64,000 bases of DNA from Asterias rubens. Its lineage: Eukaryota. The notes beneath the pieces were generated by a model. It was not told the origin of the DNA. It ran no database searches and saw nothing but the letters and a program-made list of their open reading frames with translations. The position numbers and the translations under genes are program-made. This document shows, piece by piece, positions 37,165 to 50,033 of this stretch. Position 1 is the first letter of the stretch, and the number at the start of each line of letters is the position of its first letter. The stretch covers positions 11,346,001 to 11,410,000 of the forward strand of contig NC_047079.1 of NCBI RefSeq assembly GCF_902459465.1. Reading direction: 5' to 3'.

Positions 37165-37845
37165 TTTTGTTTTATGAAAATTTCTTGCTACAAAACACGT
37201 CTGAATTTTTGAGGGCCGGAGAGTTTAGTTGGCACGTCTTTGCTCAGGAGTTGTTCGAAGCGAAAAGGCCGTGGAATATCAGAGAAATTATCACGCACGT
37301 GCTAAACGGTAAAAATAGTCTGGCTAACTACCCAGTTTACCACGGTTTGAGATACAGAGTTTTATGCAGAGGCGGATACAAGATATTTAAATCCCAGCAT
37401 CATCAGTATTTTATTCGCTTGACACTATTTAGGAACAAATACTTATTATTTTAAATTCAAAAAGTATTATTTGTACAATTTTAGTCAATAAAATATATTA
37501 TTTAGAGACTTTAAATTCATTTATGAAATTATCATGCATACATATTATTTTTAAAAATAGTACAAAATAAAAGAGTGATTTATTTTAGTATCAGCTGTTA
37601 CATGTTTACTTTTTTATTTTAAAGTGTTGTACCCACCTCTTGAGCTTTGAACAGTCGTCGGTTTTGGCCACGAGCCAAATGAACTTGCAACTACGCATGC
37701 GTTGTTTATCCCATTGCGAATGGCAACAAGGAAGAAAAGACTTCTGCAGTTTTTTACGAACGTGGATGAAAAGTTCTTTTGGGAAGAGCTAAATATTTAT
37801 TCCAAGTAAACTATTCTTGTGAAAGTTGTCAAAATATAACCCAAG
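37165..37845. promoter_or_regulatory. Putative bidirectional promoter shared by nucleolin and ZMYND12
   Basis: Divergent start codons lie 681 bp apart. The interval contains an E-box (37296), an NRF1-like palindrome ACGCATGCGT (37693-37702) and an RFX half-site GGCAAC (37722-37727). Confidence 0.6.
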
Positions 37846-40800
37846 ATGACGCTGAACCCTTTGGCTAATCCTAAAGGAGTCAAACTTCTTTGCGAACTGT
37901 GCCAAAAGCCAGCGTTTGTTCAGTGCACGAAATGTAGAGTGACATATTACTGGTGAGTGGAAAAGTAAAATAAAAAGTTTTTAACCAAATCCTTTGATGA
38001 CGATTTATTGTTCTTTTTACCAAAATAACACATATATTTTTTGAAGAAAAAAAAACCAGTAAACTGGTTAGCCAGTCTCTGTAGTTTTATTTTGATTTAA
38101 TTTTATTTTTATTTTTTATTTTTTTGTAATGTAATAAAACAACAACAGTCAACACTTCAAATAGTGAAATACCCTCATTTTTATTTCTCAATACAATTAC
38201 ATTTTAATCAATGAGTTGCCAACTTCCGTCTTCAATTTCTGTGTTCATTCTTTCCAATTATTTATATTTTAGTGGTGTGGAGCACCAGCAGGCAGACTGG
38301 GTCGGAATCCACGAAAAGATTTGCCAGCTCCTCATTCCCCTCCGGACTCCACATCTATCTTTTCTCTCGTCTGAAGAACAACGCAAGAAGAGGGAGCAGG
38401 ACCTAGTTCATAGACAGGTTGGACCCAAAGTCTTTCAAAGACAGGAGTTGCGATAATCATACTAACCCTCTATCCTCCCGACCGCTAGTTGGTTACGGGA
38501 GGATGTAGGGTTACGATTATCACGACTATACCTAAAAATTTGACCCAGTTACTGGGGCATTGTACTCCTTTTTGCAAAATTTGTCATAAAATCGGTCTTA
38601 CTACTACCTATCCCGTATCTGAGTACTAGCAAAAGTACTAGTTAGCTATATGACAAATTTTGAAAAAGGAGTTCAGCGCCCCAGCAACTGGGTCTAACCT
38701 AAAGTAGCATTGAATTTGAAATATACACATCTGTAAGAAAAGATACTAAATCTTCTCCGATCATACCGTCAACAGGATTCAGGAAAAGAAACGTCAATAT
38801 GGCTTTAATTTCAACACCTTTTATTTATTTACATTTTATTTTTAAATTAACGTAAGAGCTGCATGAGCTAAAGGAGGGTTTCAATTGGTTTGAGGTAATA
38901 CATTTCAATAAAGAAAATTGTTTAGTTTTTTCCATGCGAAAACTACTGTCTTGTATGCAGTAACAAAAGATTCTCTGTGGATGTAAATTCAGCTGGTTTT
39001 TTTTATTACTCACCAGAGGAACATGATTGACCTGACCAGGACCACAGGTCAGAAACTTCTCTTCGAGGGTAAACATGAGCAAGCTGTCCCGGCAGCCATG
39101 CAGTCTCTGCGCTTCAGTATTGACATCCATGGATTGGATAGCATCGAACTGGTACCCTCATATCTCATCCTAGCCGAGGCAAGCATTGGTAAGCACAATT
39201 CCAAAATTTACTTGCAGTGGACCAATCATCTGGTGGAACTCACTCCCCGGCAACATCATCGACTCCCTGTCAGTTGAGGTTTTCAGGGGAGTGGTGACTG
39301 CTCACCTATATAAGCAGCAACGAGTCTTATTTACTTGCACCTTGTACAAACGCACCCCTGCACCGCTCATGGACAAGTTGTCCCTCGGCTTTACGTCCTG
39401 TCTTATGGACCCTACCGAGTATACAAGTAGAGGTAGAAGTAGAAGTAAATGTTGGAGTTCTCAAGGCAGTCTTCAGACGGCATTGGTCTCGGCCTTGCTA
39501 TGTTATGACTCTCAACCTTAGAGACTGAGGACTCGGCCTCGAAGGGTGGGACTTGGCTACAACAATCCTGGAACCAACCACAGCAATGTGGATGTCATTA
39601 AGCACACACTGCTTTGCAGTATTTTCTGCTTAACAGCCTTATGAAATTGGGTCCCTGTTGATCAACTTTGGGAGGTCGCCTAAGAGTTATTTACATATGA
39701 GGTCCATGTCATCTTCACCCACAAACTAGTTACTTGGGGGTGTCGTGGCCGAGCGGATAAGAGCATGGAGCTCAAGTTCTGGTGGTTCATCGGAATGTGG
39801 GTTCAAATCCCGGTCGGGACACTTGTGTCCTTGAGCAAGACACTTATCCATTGCTTCTCACCACCCAGGGGTAAAATGGGTACCTGTGAGGGCAAAGACG
39901 TTTTTATGTGAATGATCAGCTTGGAGCGCGGTAACTGGCAGCACCTATGGGCTGTGTTAAAGTGCTATATCAAAGTCGAATATTATTATTATTACTTCCT
40001 ATCTTGTACAAAGTTGTAAATCTTACTTCATTTTGGTAACAGCTGAACAGGAATAAATTCCTTTTGATTTTGCATCAAGGTTTACACAAGCTATCCCAAG
40101 GCGAGGAGTACCTCGCTCAAGCCCAGTGGACAGTCCTCAAGACACCAGACTGCAGCTCGGCAATCAAGTCTAAGCTTGCACGTAATCTGGGTTTGCTGTA
40201 TGCAGCGCAGGGCAATTATGAGGAGTCTCTGAGACACTTAGCCGATGATGTAAGTGTTAATAGTAATAATAGTTATACAATATTAATGCAGGCCTGTATG
40301 CTTCGTTTTTTTAAAGGGCAAGGGCACCAAGGCATTTTCTCCTTGCTAAAGGCAAAAGGGCACCCTATGAGGAAATTGTTAATGTCTATTAGAGCCTTTC
40401 AAGGGCACCAAGGCAATGACCAGGGGGCATGGAGGCAATCGCCTGCGTTGCCTTCGTGAAGTATCAAGCCTGCTAGCGATAACACACAGTTATCATTTAG
40501 CAGGCCTGGAATTTCATCTTTGAGAGGGTAAGGCCAGTTTTGTTTTTAGAAGGGCACTTCCATTGGAAAATCTCAAAGTCTAAGGTAAACTTCTTAAAGG
40601 GGCACCAAGGCCAAGGTAAAAAGAGGCCATGCCCTAATAGTAGACCACAGGCCTGATATAGAACTTCATCTTTACCTGATGGGCATCACAAAGGCTCAAT
40701 ATTTTTATGACGGGGACGCAGAGCTATATTTGAAATATGAGACTCACAGCATATAAAGCACCTTGTTAGTGTTGCAGTTTTGAATCATTCATTTGCTTAC

Positions 40801-42573
40801 AGTAAGTGCCACAAGGTTAGCCAATTGCCTTTTCCTTTGCTCCTTCTAGCAGTGCTATGCAATGGAAAATTGCGCAGTATGCATACAACTATGAAACTGG
40901 TCCCTTGTGTTTCAACATTACAACTATGAACCTTGTATTACATTTTCTTGTTTTTTATTTCTCCATCAGATCTTCCATGCCTCTGAAGAATTTGGGACCG
41001 ATGATATTCGAACATCCGGCGGATATTTCCACATGGCTAACGTCTTCTTCCGTCAGAACCACATGGACGTTGCAGACTCGCTGTACACGAGAGTGACTGC
41101 CATTTGGCACAGTCATCTCTTGAGGATTGTGACGGCTAGAACGAGAAAGAATGATACCCAGAGTGGAATGTCATCAGCTGTTGTGGAGTTGGAAGAACGC
41201 GTAGTTGAATCTCTAGGTAAAACAAAGTTTTTGGGTTTTTTTTTTACGCAATGGAAGAGATTTTTAATGCTAGGTAGCAGCAGACTTTTGGGTGTATTTC
41301 CATTGTTTCAAAGCCTTGATGTGGGCTTTAGGCTTGAGCTTTGACTTTGGCTATGGCTCTGGGCCCAATTTCATATAGCTGTTTTAGCAGAAAATACTGA
41401 CTAGAATACTTGAGCAAGGTACCAGCCACAGTTAGTACAGTTGATGGTATTTTGGCTGGTAACCTTATTCTGGTAAGCATGATTTTGTTGTGCTTAGCAA
41501 CTTTTTGTGCTTAGCTGATCTATGAAATTCGGACCTGGATTGGGATCTGGCTTGGGCTCCATCATTTTTGAAAGTGACATTTTCGTTACAAGCCTTCAAA
41601 CAGGCGTAATGCCCTTGATCTTTGAGCCAAATCCTAAGCCTTGGTTTTGAAAACCACCATCACTCTCGGCATGCGCACATTTTCAGGAACAATGGATCTA
41701 CCCGGTTGATCTGCTGCAATCTAGTGTTCGCAAAAGTATCCCAGGTCGTTGAACTCTCTAAAAAACAGAAATTACAGTTTGGCAGTTGTGCAATAAAAGT
41801 AATAGTTTTAAATTATTTTTTTATCTTTTTTTAGATGAGGCTCAAGAAGCAGAAGCCAAGCAAGTGTTACATTCAATCCATGACATCAGAGAGCAGGTGA
41901 CCAATCAGGATGCAGCTGCCATGGCAACCGTTGGCCACGCCCTTGCTATGCTGTATTACCTATTGGACGACATTCACAAGGTAATGGTTTATTCAAGGCA
42001 TTCCTCCACCCCATACCTTAATCTACTCCCCATCAACTCTAAAATAATTCCCTTTGCAATTTTCATTCCGACATTACCTGTCAAACCTTATTATCAGTAT
42101 CTCTCTTCAATCCATGCTTGTATACTACAATCATATAAGTTTTGGGATTAGTTATTATAAAGGAAAGTGACTTGGTAAATGTTGAATAATTTGTACAAAC
42201 TGAAAATTGACAAGAGAAATATACATGTAAATGCAATAGATGGAAATTTGCATCAGGGATAAAGCAAAGAATTGTACACCAATGTGTGAAAGCACTGTGT
42301 ACTCAGTAATTTCCCGAGCTCGGTGAAAAAAAAATCACAGGCATATACAGTGTAGATGGTTTCATATTCAGTTAAAGAATGATTAGTAGAAAAGTTAAAG
42401 TTTTCTTCATTGTCTTTAAATTTTAGGCAACAGAGCTGGGGCAGAAGGCACAAACCTCAAGCGACTCAAGAGAGCACAAAGACGATGAACTTGCTGCTTG
42501 CATTATCGAGTTCAACAGTGCCCTTTATCAGCTACCGAATAAAATGAACCTCATGCCAGCAGAATATAGCTAG
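37846..42573 (+). CDS. ZMYND12: Zinc finger MYND domain-containing protein 12, 7 exons: 37846-37952, 38273-38417, 39017-39188, 40080-40249, 40970-41216, 41835-41980, 42427-42573; about 377 aa
   Basis: In-phase junctions total 1134 nt. Motifs CELCQKPAFVQCTKCRVTYYC, QQADWVGIHEKICQLLIPLRT, FEGKHEQAVPAAMQSLRF, FGTDDIRTSGGYFHMAN and DEAQEAEA match the recalled ZMYND12 sequence. Confidence 0.93.
39205..39447 (+). mobile_element. 5'-truncated CR1/L2-type LINE 3' end in ZMYND12 intron 3
   Basis: Translates to ...IIWWNSLPGNIIDSLSVEVFR..., resembling the ORF2 C-terminal WNxLP motif, and ends in an (AGTAGA)n tail. Confidence 0.6.
39736..39993 (+). mobile_element. tRNA-derived SINE with GTGTCCTTGAGCAAGACACT central domain and (TTA)n tail
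   Basis: A box TGGCCGAGCGG and B box GGTTCAAATCC. The central domain resembles widespread metazoan SINE cores. Confidence 0.8.
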
Positions 42574-44978
42574 TGCGATGTTGTCCGCCCCAACCCCCTG
42601 AATTAGTTTTGTTCCCCACCCCAAACGAAGACCGCAAGAAATAAAAATGCATTATTGCAATAATGTCGACAGGTTTTTCAGGCATTAGTGGGGGATGATA
42701 AATAGCCCACCCTATAAAAATAATGGAAGAGACCTTCCTACTTCTTTCTATAAAAATGCAACTTGAAGTGTGACTAAATAATGTATTCCGTCCAATAATG
42801 CAGACAGGTTTTGCAGGCATAAGTGGAGAAGATAAACAGCCCCCCCCCCCTATACAAATAATGGAAGAGTCCTTCCTTCTATGTACATTGTCAAAGTGCC
42901 TATCCCAGACCTCTCACCTGTCTGTCCCACTGGCCAATAAAATGAAACTTATAACTCCATTATTTTTATTTTTTGAAACACTTCACCATACAACTGTTTT
43001 TCTAAACTGGAAATTCTGAATATGCACAAAATATATTTGACCATTTCATATTAATTTTATTCTCTCAGACCTGGTGTTGATAATTTATTTACAAAATCAA
43101 TTTAAACTTAACAATTAGTGTTGTGTTACCTTTTTAATGTGCCTATTGTTTTTATTGTATAGATTGTAAATAACCATTTTTTACTTCTATAATACTATTT
43201 TGTGTTCAGATTGATCTATTTATGGAATAATATGTTTCATTCAAGTTATGTTAATGGGACAATAAATAAAGATCAATAATTAAAAAGTATATTAAAAACT
43301 AATTATTTTTGCCACGAAATTTGAAGATTGTTTGAAACAATAAAGTAATGATTCTTTCATTTGTAAAATACTGATATCGTTTCACTTGTGTATTGCTGTT
43401 GACCTGTGGAAACAAAAATAAACATAGGCTTAATTTCAAGTCTGTTTTGGCCGCACAAAAGGGCATTAGTTTTGCATCTCTGCGAACGCCATGCCAACAG
43501 CCGATCGAAGTTAGAAATGTTCACAAGCCGCAAGAGGGCGCTATTTCAGAAGCAAGCGCGTGCACCTTTTTTTCGGGCCAAAAGAAAAACGCGATCACGT
43601 CTTGACTCCCAAGTCGTCGCGGGCGCTTGTCCTTGACCTTTTATCTTTGTGGGCAAGGAGGTGGAAGCAGTGCGATTAAAACCCTTTCAATTCGTACCTT
43701 GATAAACACTGGTTGTAATTCCAAATTGATTGGAAACCGTTATACATGTTCTAGTGACTAGGGCTCTTTTCGAAACCACGGCTCCTGCTTCATCAGATTC
43801 CGCCGAGGCACTCACTCCGTTTCCAGGTGGGATGAAAGCGCAAGGCCAAGGCCCGGCTGTAAGTGCTTTACGACTTCAAGCTGATGATCACATTAAGTCA
43901 TACTGCTGTAAATATCCACTAGACTTGAATTACAATTTTGTTTACATGCAATTATGCATGAGCAATAGGCATTCTATAAAAAAAACATGTCAATTTTCTT
44001 TGTGACCTACAAACGTACGGCCACTATAATGGTCTACGTTCCCCATCACAGCAACCATTAAACCCTGAAGCATAACCGATTTGGAACCGCTTCCCCCTTG
44101 ACGCTGTTCGGCATGCATCAACTAAAAGCTTCTTAAATTTCGTCTCCCATAATAATCCGAAGGTTGCAACTCCAACAAAGATTACTTTCAAGACTAGACT
44201 AAATAGACTAAAATGGATAATAATATGTTTTCAAAGTTCGGTTCGTCGTATTTTTACTGTACATTATTGCATGCATCGACTAAAAGCTTCTTTATAGGTT
44301 TCGTCTCCCGTAAGAAAACAATAATCTGAAGGTTACTTTTAAACAATGACAACAAAGATTACCTTCAAATTTTATATTATAGACTTGAACTACTAGACAT
44401 ACAAATTCACATAATTATATTGGATTAATTGCAGTAAATTATATACAGGCATTATAATCTTATAGTCAAACTTTCAATTATTGTCAAAAAGACAAGAGTC
44501 GGTTTTACTAAGATGGTCCCAACTTATGGACTAGCTCATTGAAGGTATTAAAAACTTGAGGCTATTCTAAGTAAGAGACGAGCATGAGCAAGAACCAGGA
44601 CTCGTCTTAACTCGTCGAGATAGGAGTCTGTTTTATCTCTTTATGAAATTCAACTCCAGATATACACATACTTTTGAAATTTTGAGCTCAATCGGTCGCC
44701 ATTTGCAGATGAGACGCGGACAAAGTTTCGCACAGACGTGAACAAAGTTTTTACTCGAGTTTTTACCCAGAACTTAATATAGCAATACATTACAAGTTTT
44801 AAACGAAATGTTTGTATCGTAAAAATTCACAATCATGGTTTACACAACTCTTTTACTTTTGAACACACATACTCGACGCCCATGTTAAAGACACTGGACA
44901 CGTTTGGTAATTGCTCTTTATCAAGTAAGCGTTTATGCTAAAAATTGTTTTGAGCATTAACAAAAGTGTCCACTGCCT

Positions 44979-46824
44979 TTAACGAGCGTTGCAAGTAACC
45001 ATACGTTTCAACGCCTTACGAAAGTCAGATTTCATCGTGTAAAGAAACGGATTGAACGCACTGTTAAAATGCGACAAAAACACACAGAAGTTTATCACAT
45101 TCTGGGGAATGTTGTACACACCAAAATATATGAGGGCATCAATGAGAAAGATTGGAACCCAACTTGCAAAGAAAAACAACATGAGAAACGCAAAGAACAG
45201 AGCCGTACGCCATTCGCGTTTAATGCGTCGAAATTCGGTAGCTTTCTGGTCCTGCGAACTTTGATTCTCTCTAGTGACGTCATTAGTCGACGGCTGTTGC
45301 GTGCGTTGAGTACGGCTCTCCCTGTCTGGGTTCGACGACAGTTGCGTGCTGCGGAGACGGTTGCCTATGTCATGAACTGCCCTCATTTGTTTAAGCTATA
45401 GGTAAAACCAGAGAGAATGCTAGTTTCAAATCGATATCACTTTAATTAATGATTAATTGATTGATTTCCTTTGTCAGTACTTGATTGATGAAGGGCCACT
45501 AATTGGTAAAGAGTATTTAATTCACTGGCTATTATATAACCAAAGCAATCATTGAAAGTGTATGGGCTGTTGAACCATAATATACCAAGGACGGTGTATA
45601 TAAACCACAGAAGCACTTTAAAACAATGACATTAAAGGCAGTGGACAGTATTGGTAATTACTCGAAATAATTATTAGCATAAAACCTTACTTGGTCTTGA
45701 GTAATAATGGGGAGACGTTGGTAATAAAAATGTGAGAAACGGCTCCCTCTGAAGTGGAGTTGTCTTCGAGAAAGAAATTATTTTCCACGAATTTGATTTC
45801 GAGACCTCAGATTTAGAGGTTTAGGTCTCGAAATCAAGCACTGAAAGCACGCAACTTCGTGTGATAAGGGTGTTTTTTCTTTCATTATTATCTCGCAACT
45901 TCGTTGACCGATTGAGCTCAAATTTTCACAGGTTTGTTATTTTATGTTGCAGATACAGCAGCAAGTCAGAAGACTGGACTTCGACAATTACCAATAGTGT
46001 CCAGTGTCTTTAACAACGACTAGTGGATGAGCTTTCGTATGCGACAACTATATACATACGGGTTCTTTACAGATGCAATGAAGGGGACAAGATGACCAAG
46101 GACATTCAATAAAATACAATAAAATAACCAATGAATGAAATTAACAACAACGCAATGGAGCAGGTTATCAACAAACTTTTTTTTCATGCTGACTCACCTG
46201 TTTTCTTATGATGAGGTAGATTTGGGTGTACACAAAACACATCAGGAAAAATGGCGCCAAGATGGCCGCGAAGAAGAGAAATGTCATGTACTGTAGGCTG
46301 ACAACTTCTAGAAAGAAGCATTGAGGCTGGGAAGGGGGTCCGTTGTGCCAACCAGCCAGCATGGGGACTATGAACAAGAAAGCAACAAACCAGGCTAGGA
46401 GTGCGCCCGCTACGGCGCGTGACTTTGTGACAACCACGCAGTAACGTAACGGCCTGCTTATGGAGTAATACCTGTCCAATGTCATTGCCAAAAGAGCAAA
46501 CACCGACGCCACATCGATCATAACTAATATAGAAAGTAGAAAGAGACAAGCTGGGAAAGATCGAGGGATTCCTTGTAGGGCGATCAGGATGATTGGAATA
46601 GCAATGGCTCCCATGCAGAAATCACTCACAGCGAGCGAAATCAGGTAAATATTGGAGAGCGTGTTGCGTAAACGGGGCTCCAGTAAGTAAATTATGATCA
46701 CGGTTAAATTGCCGAATATTGCAAAGACAGCGAATACAATCTCGATGACGTAGTAAGATATCTCAGTTGTATCAGAGTCAGTGACGTCATCAACTGCAGG
46801 AGTTGAGTTTGGCAGTGTCGACAT
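44979..46824 (-). CDS. Class A GPCR, adenosine receptor-like; exons 46824-46198 and 45395-44979; about 347 aa
   Basis: Motifs GNLTV (TM1), LAVSD (TM2), DRY (TM3), CFFLEVV (ECL2), FFASWVP (TM6) and SHFNSAFNPFLY (TM7). Phase-0 intron in ICL3. First ATG at 46824 has ACCATG context and an in-frame upstream stop. Confidence 0.88.
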
Positions 46825-46826
46825 GG

Positions 46827-46999
46827 TGACGATGAGTAGAGCAAGGTGCCGAAACGTCGAAACCAATTAAGAACTCAATCCGCGATGACGATGAGTAGAG
46901 CAAGGTGCCGAAACGTCGAAACCAATTAAGAACTCAATCCGCGATGACGATGAGTAGAGCAAGGTGTCGAAACGTCGAAACCAATTAAGAACTCAATCC
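46827..46999. repeat. Three copies of a 59-bp unit immediately upstream of the GPCR ATG
   Basis: TGACGATGAGTAGAGCAAGGTGCCGAAACGTCGAAACCAATTAAGAACTCAATCCGCGA repeated about 2.9 times, with one substitution. Confidence 0.95.
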
Positions 47000-49112
47000 A
47001 CAGTATGGTGAATTGTTAATAACGCCGAAACATTAAAAGCTAAAAACCCCGGCTGATTTGCTTTACTTTCCGCCCACAGATAGTTAAAAAGGCAGAACAG
47101 CTCTTTTCAGAATTGAGAAGTCTCCCGAATTCCGAAAATCTCCTCCGCGGTATAGTAGATCTAAAACAACAGTTCTCTAAAGAACAAAATCTATCCTGGC
47201 AAGTTGAGATACACACAATGGTGTTACCGCTAGCCCAATATTTATTGATACCTCACCATGAAATGCCTACAAATCCCATAATTATTGAAATGGTTATAAT
47301 TAAAAGTCAAAGTACATGTACGCCTGCCAGACCGTCATCAGGTTTTCGTATAGAGAGACACGTTTTGCACACAAAGTTGTTCTTCAATGAATGACGATTT
47401 AGTCTTTGGTGGGTTTTTTTCTGCGAGATATTTTTGGTCTTGTCAATAAACAATTCGACTTCAAGTTAATGAATCACTGTTTATTTTTTTAAGCACGAGC
47501 CGTTCATGACAACTAGTGATGTATTTACAGTAGTCCCTTGTGACATCTTAATTAAAATCAGTCTGCAGAGTTGAGTTGCTAGAGAAAGGAATTAGAGGAA
47601 CAAAGATGTTATAATTATTTTGACATTAATATATTTGTTTCTGGGCTAACTACTGTTGATAACTACTCACACTTTGATGAATACATATTTTTTGTTGAAT
47701 TTCAAGGCTTGAGAACAAGGCCATCGTATTGTACATTCAAGTGAGTTTAAATACTAATATTGCGGGGGAAAACAGTACCACAGGGTAAGTAACACACAGT
47801 CGATATAGCATTTGATTCCATAATGCTAAGACTATTCATATTAATAGTACGAAACAGCTAAACAAATTATATTTTCAACAGTAATTATTTTCATACAATT
47901 TCTGATGATTTTGTCGCTACATAATTTTGTTTTCGATTGATTGATTGATTGGTTTGTATGAGAAGGCAAATTTAAAAAAACGTCTGAACTTAACATAATA
48001 ATTATACGCCTATATACATATACAAGCATTTGTAAAGCGCCTTTACGTCAAGATCAAAGCGCTGATAAGAGCAAAACTAATGAAACTTTCTTTCTTGAAA
48101 TCGACAAGTCTTATCGTCAAGATTACTCCAGCTCAATTCTTTAAACTCGAGACGAGATAACTGAGGGAGAAACCAATTGGAAAACCTTTTTAATCTAAAA
48201 CTATGACATGAATAATACGATACTCACAATTGATCTTTCAGAAGACAAGTCGACGTGAAATCTTCAAAAGTGTTGTTTTATGGAACACACGCGAGAGGAG
48301 TATTTACGTTGAACTGAACCTAGCGCTGAACTGGTGTACCAATTAGACGCGTATAGTCTCCTTGCTCATTAGAATGTGAACCGGAACGAAATCACTGCGC
48401 GTATTATTATTATTAGCCCATTCCAACAAAAGACTCGTTTTTTTTTTACTGTTTGCACAGTTCTAGGCCTATTGTTACAGTCATGCTTAAATCTATTTTT
48501 TTATCCAGGGGCAAAGTGTCCACAGAAAGCATCTTCTAAAGGGTCTTGAGAATTCTCTGATGGAAGTGAACTCAATTTGGTCAGCAAGGCCATGCACTGT
48601 CTTGCAAATTAGTTCGCGCCCGCTTAAAAATGAGGTTTTTGTTCACTAATTAGGTGTTCCAACAGCCCGGAACACCTCTTACTTGGACTTCATCTTTTGC
48701 GGCATGCTGGGCGTGTGCGTCATCAGATCACGAGATTACGAGCCAAAATAAAAACGTTGAAAAATAAACCAGCTTGAAGTCTTTCTTCTTTTGCTCTATT
48801 CTTAAAACTTCAAGGACTGACCTTATGTGGAACTCAATTAAGAAGAAACCATAAGAAGAAAAAAACCCCATTAAATTTATTACAAAGATTGGGGCATCAC
48901 ATGGATAGGACATAACACGACTCAGCTTGCTAAGTATGCTTTCGACAAAATTCACATCAAAAGTTACGTTCGTTTAGCTTCCCTGGGTCGACCCCCGGGG
49001 AAATAACCACGGAAAAAATGTTATTATAAAAGCGCCTTTACAAAAAAAGCTCTCAGCGCAATCTGATGATTCCCCCAAGGGTTAAGAATTCTGTGTGCCT
49101 TCGCTCTCAGCA

Positions 49113-49165
49113 GACATGGACATCAATGGGCGACATGGACATCAATGGGCGACATGGACATCAAT
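49113..49165. repeat. 19-bp tandem repeat, about 2.8 copies
   Basis: Unit GACATGGACATCAATGGGC. Confidence 0.9.
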
Positions 49166-50033
49166 TATTGAAAGACGTGCGGCCCCTTGTGCCCCTGCCC
49201 CCCCCCCCAAAAAAAAAAAAAATTACGTCTGATTGTGTGAGCAAGAACAGCAACTTCAAGCAATCTTGTGCGGGGAACTCACAATTTACCAGACCACCAG
49301 TATTAATAATGGCTTTATTTTTCACATTTATTCAATCTAGCAAGTGTTTACAAAGTCCTCCTTCGATCTTTCGAGGGGCGAGGGGAAAAGACAGTGTTCT
49401 TATCCATGAACCGACCCTCCGGCCCTCCGGCCGGACCGCCCTCCACCGGCAAGTCCGTCAAGATCGCAAAAGGATTTGCAATGCTAGGCATTTTATAATA
49501 AATATACTACCAACTTTTGCCCCCCCCCCCATCCCAAGTCACACACCCGGAGGTGCTAGCCCCTCCCCCACCATATCTCAGTCGTGGGGGGGGGGGGGGA
49601 GGGGGGAGCCACACATTACACAACATCACACTGCTTAGAAGCCATTATAGTTTACCAGTGAACAGGGCACCAGTGCACCATGTAGTTTTGTAACGAGCGA
49701 TTAAGTATTTACTATCATGCAGTTGGTGATTAAAAACTATACCCTCTGATATTTCCAATTTCTCTAAAAACGAGATGTACTTTTGGAAATAAATGTGTAT
49801 CAATTGTTCGACCCTCAAATTTCTAGTAAAAGAATGGTAAAAATTAACTAAATTAACTAAAATATTATTACTACTATTTGACATCATATACACGTTTTGG
49901 AAAACACAAAACATAGGCGATTCAATACAAAAGTTGTATAACGTAAACGAATGCACACAAATTATAAAGTTTTACGTTGAAAGTGCCGGTGATTTATCGT
50001 TTATGAGCAATTTTTAAGTAATTTTGAACAAGA

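Noticed and set aside
2070-43541. CTCF-like motifs CC(A/G)CAAGAGGGCGC at 2070 and 43528
   Set aside because: AGAGGGCGC recurs in repeats and coding sequence throughout the window, so a motif match alone is not evidence of an insulator.
46825-46866. N-terminal extension of the GPCR from the TTG start in the ORF track
   Set aside because: It lies in the 59-bp repeat and uses a non-ATG start. ATG 46824 has good context.
49066-49638. 190-aa plus-strand ORF
   Set aside because: It is a low-complexity patchwork of microsatellite, homopolymer and repeat sequence with no splice or domain support.
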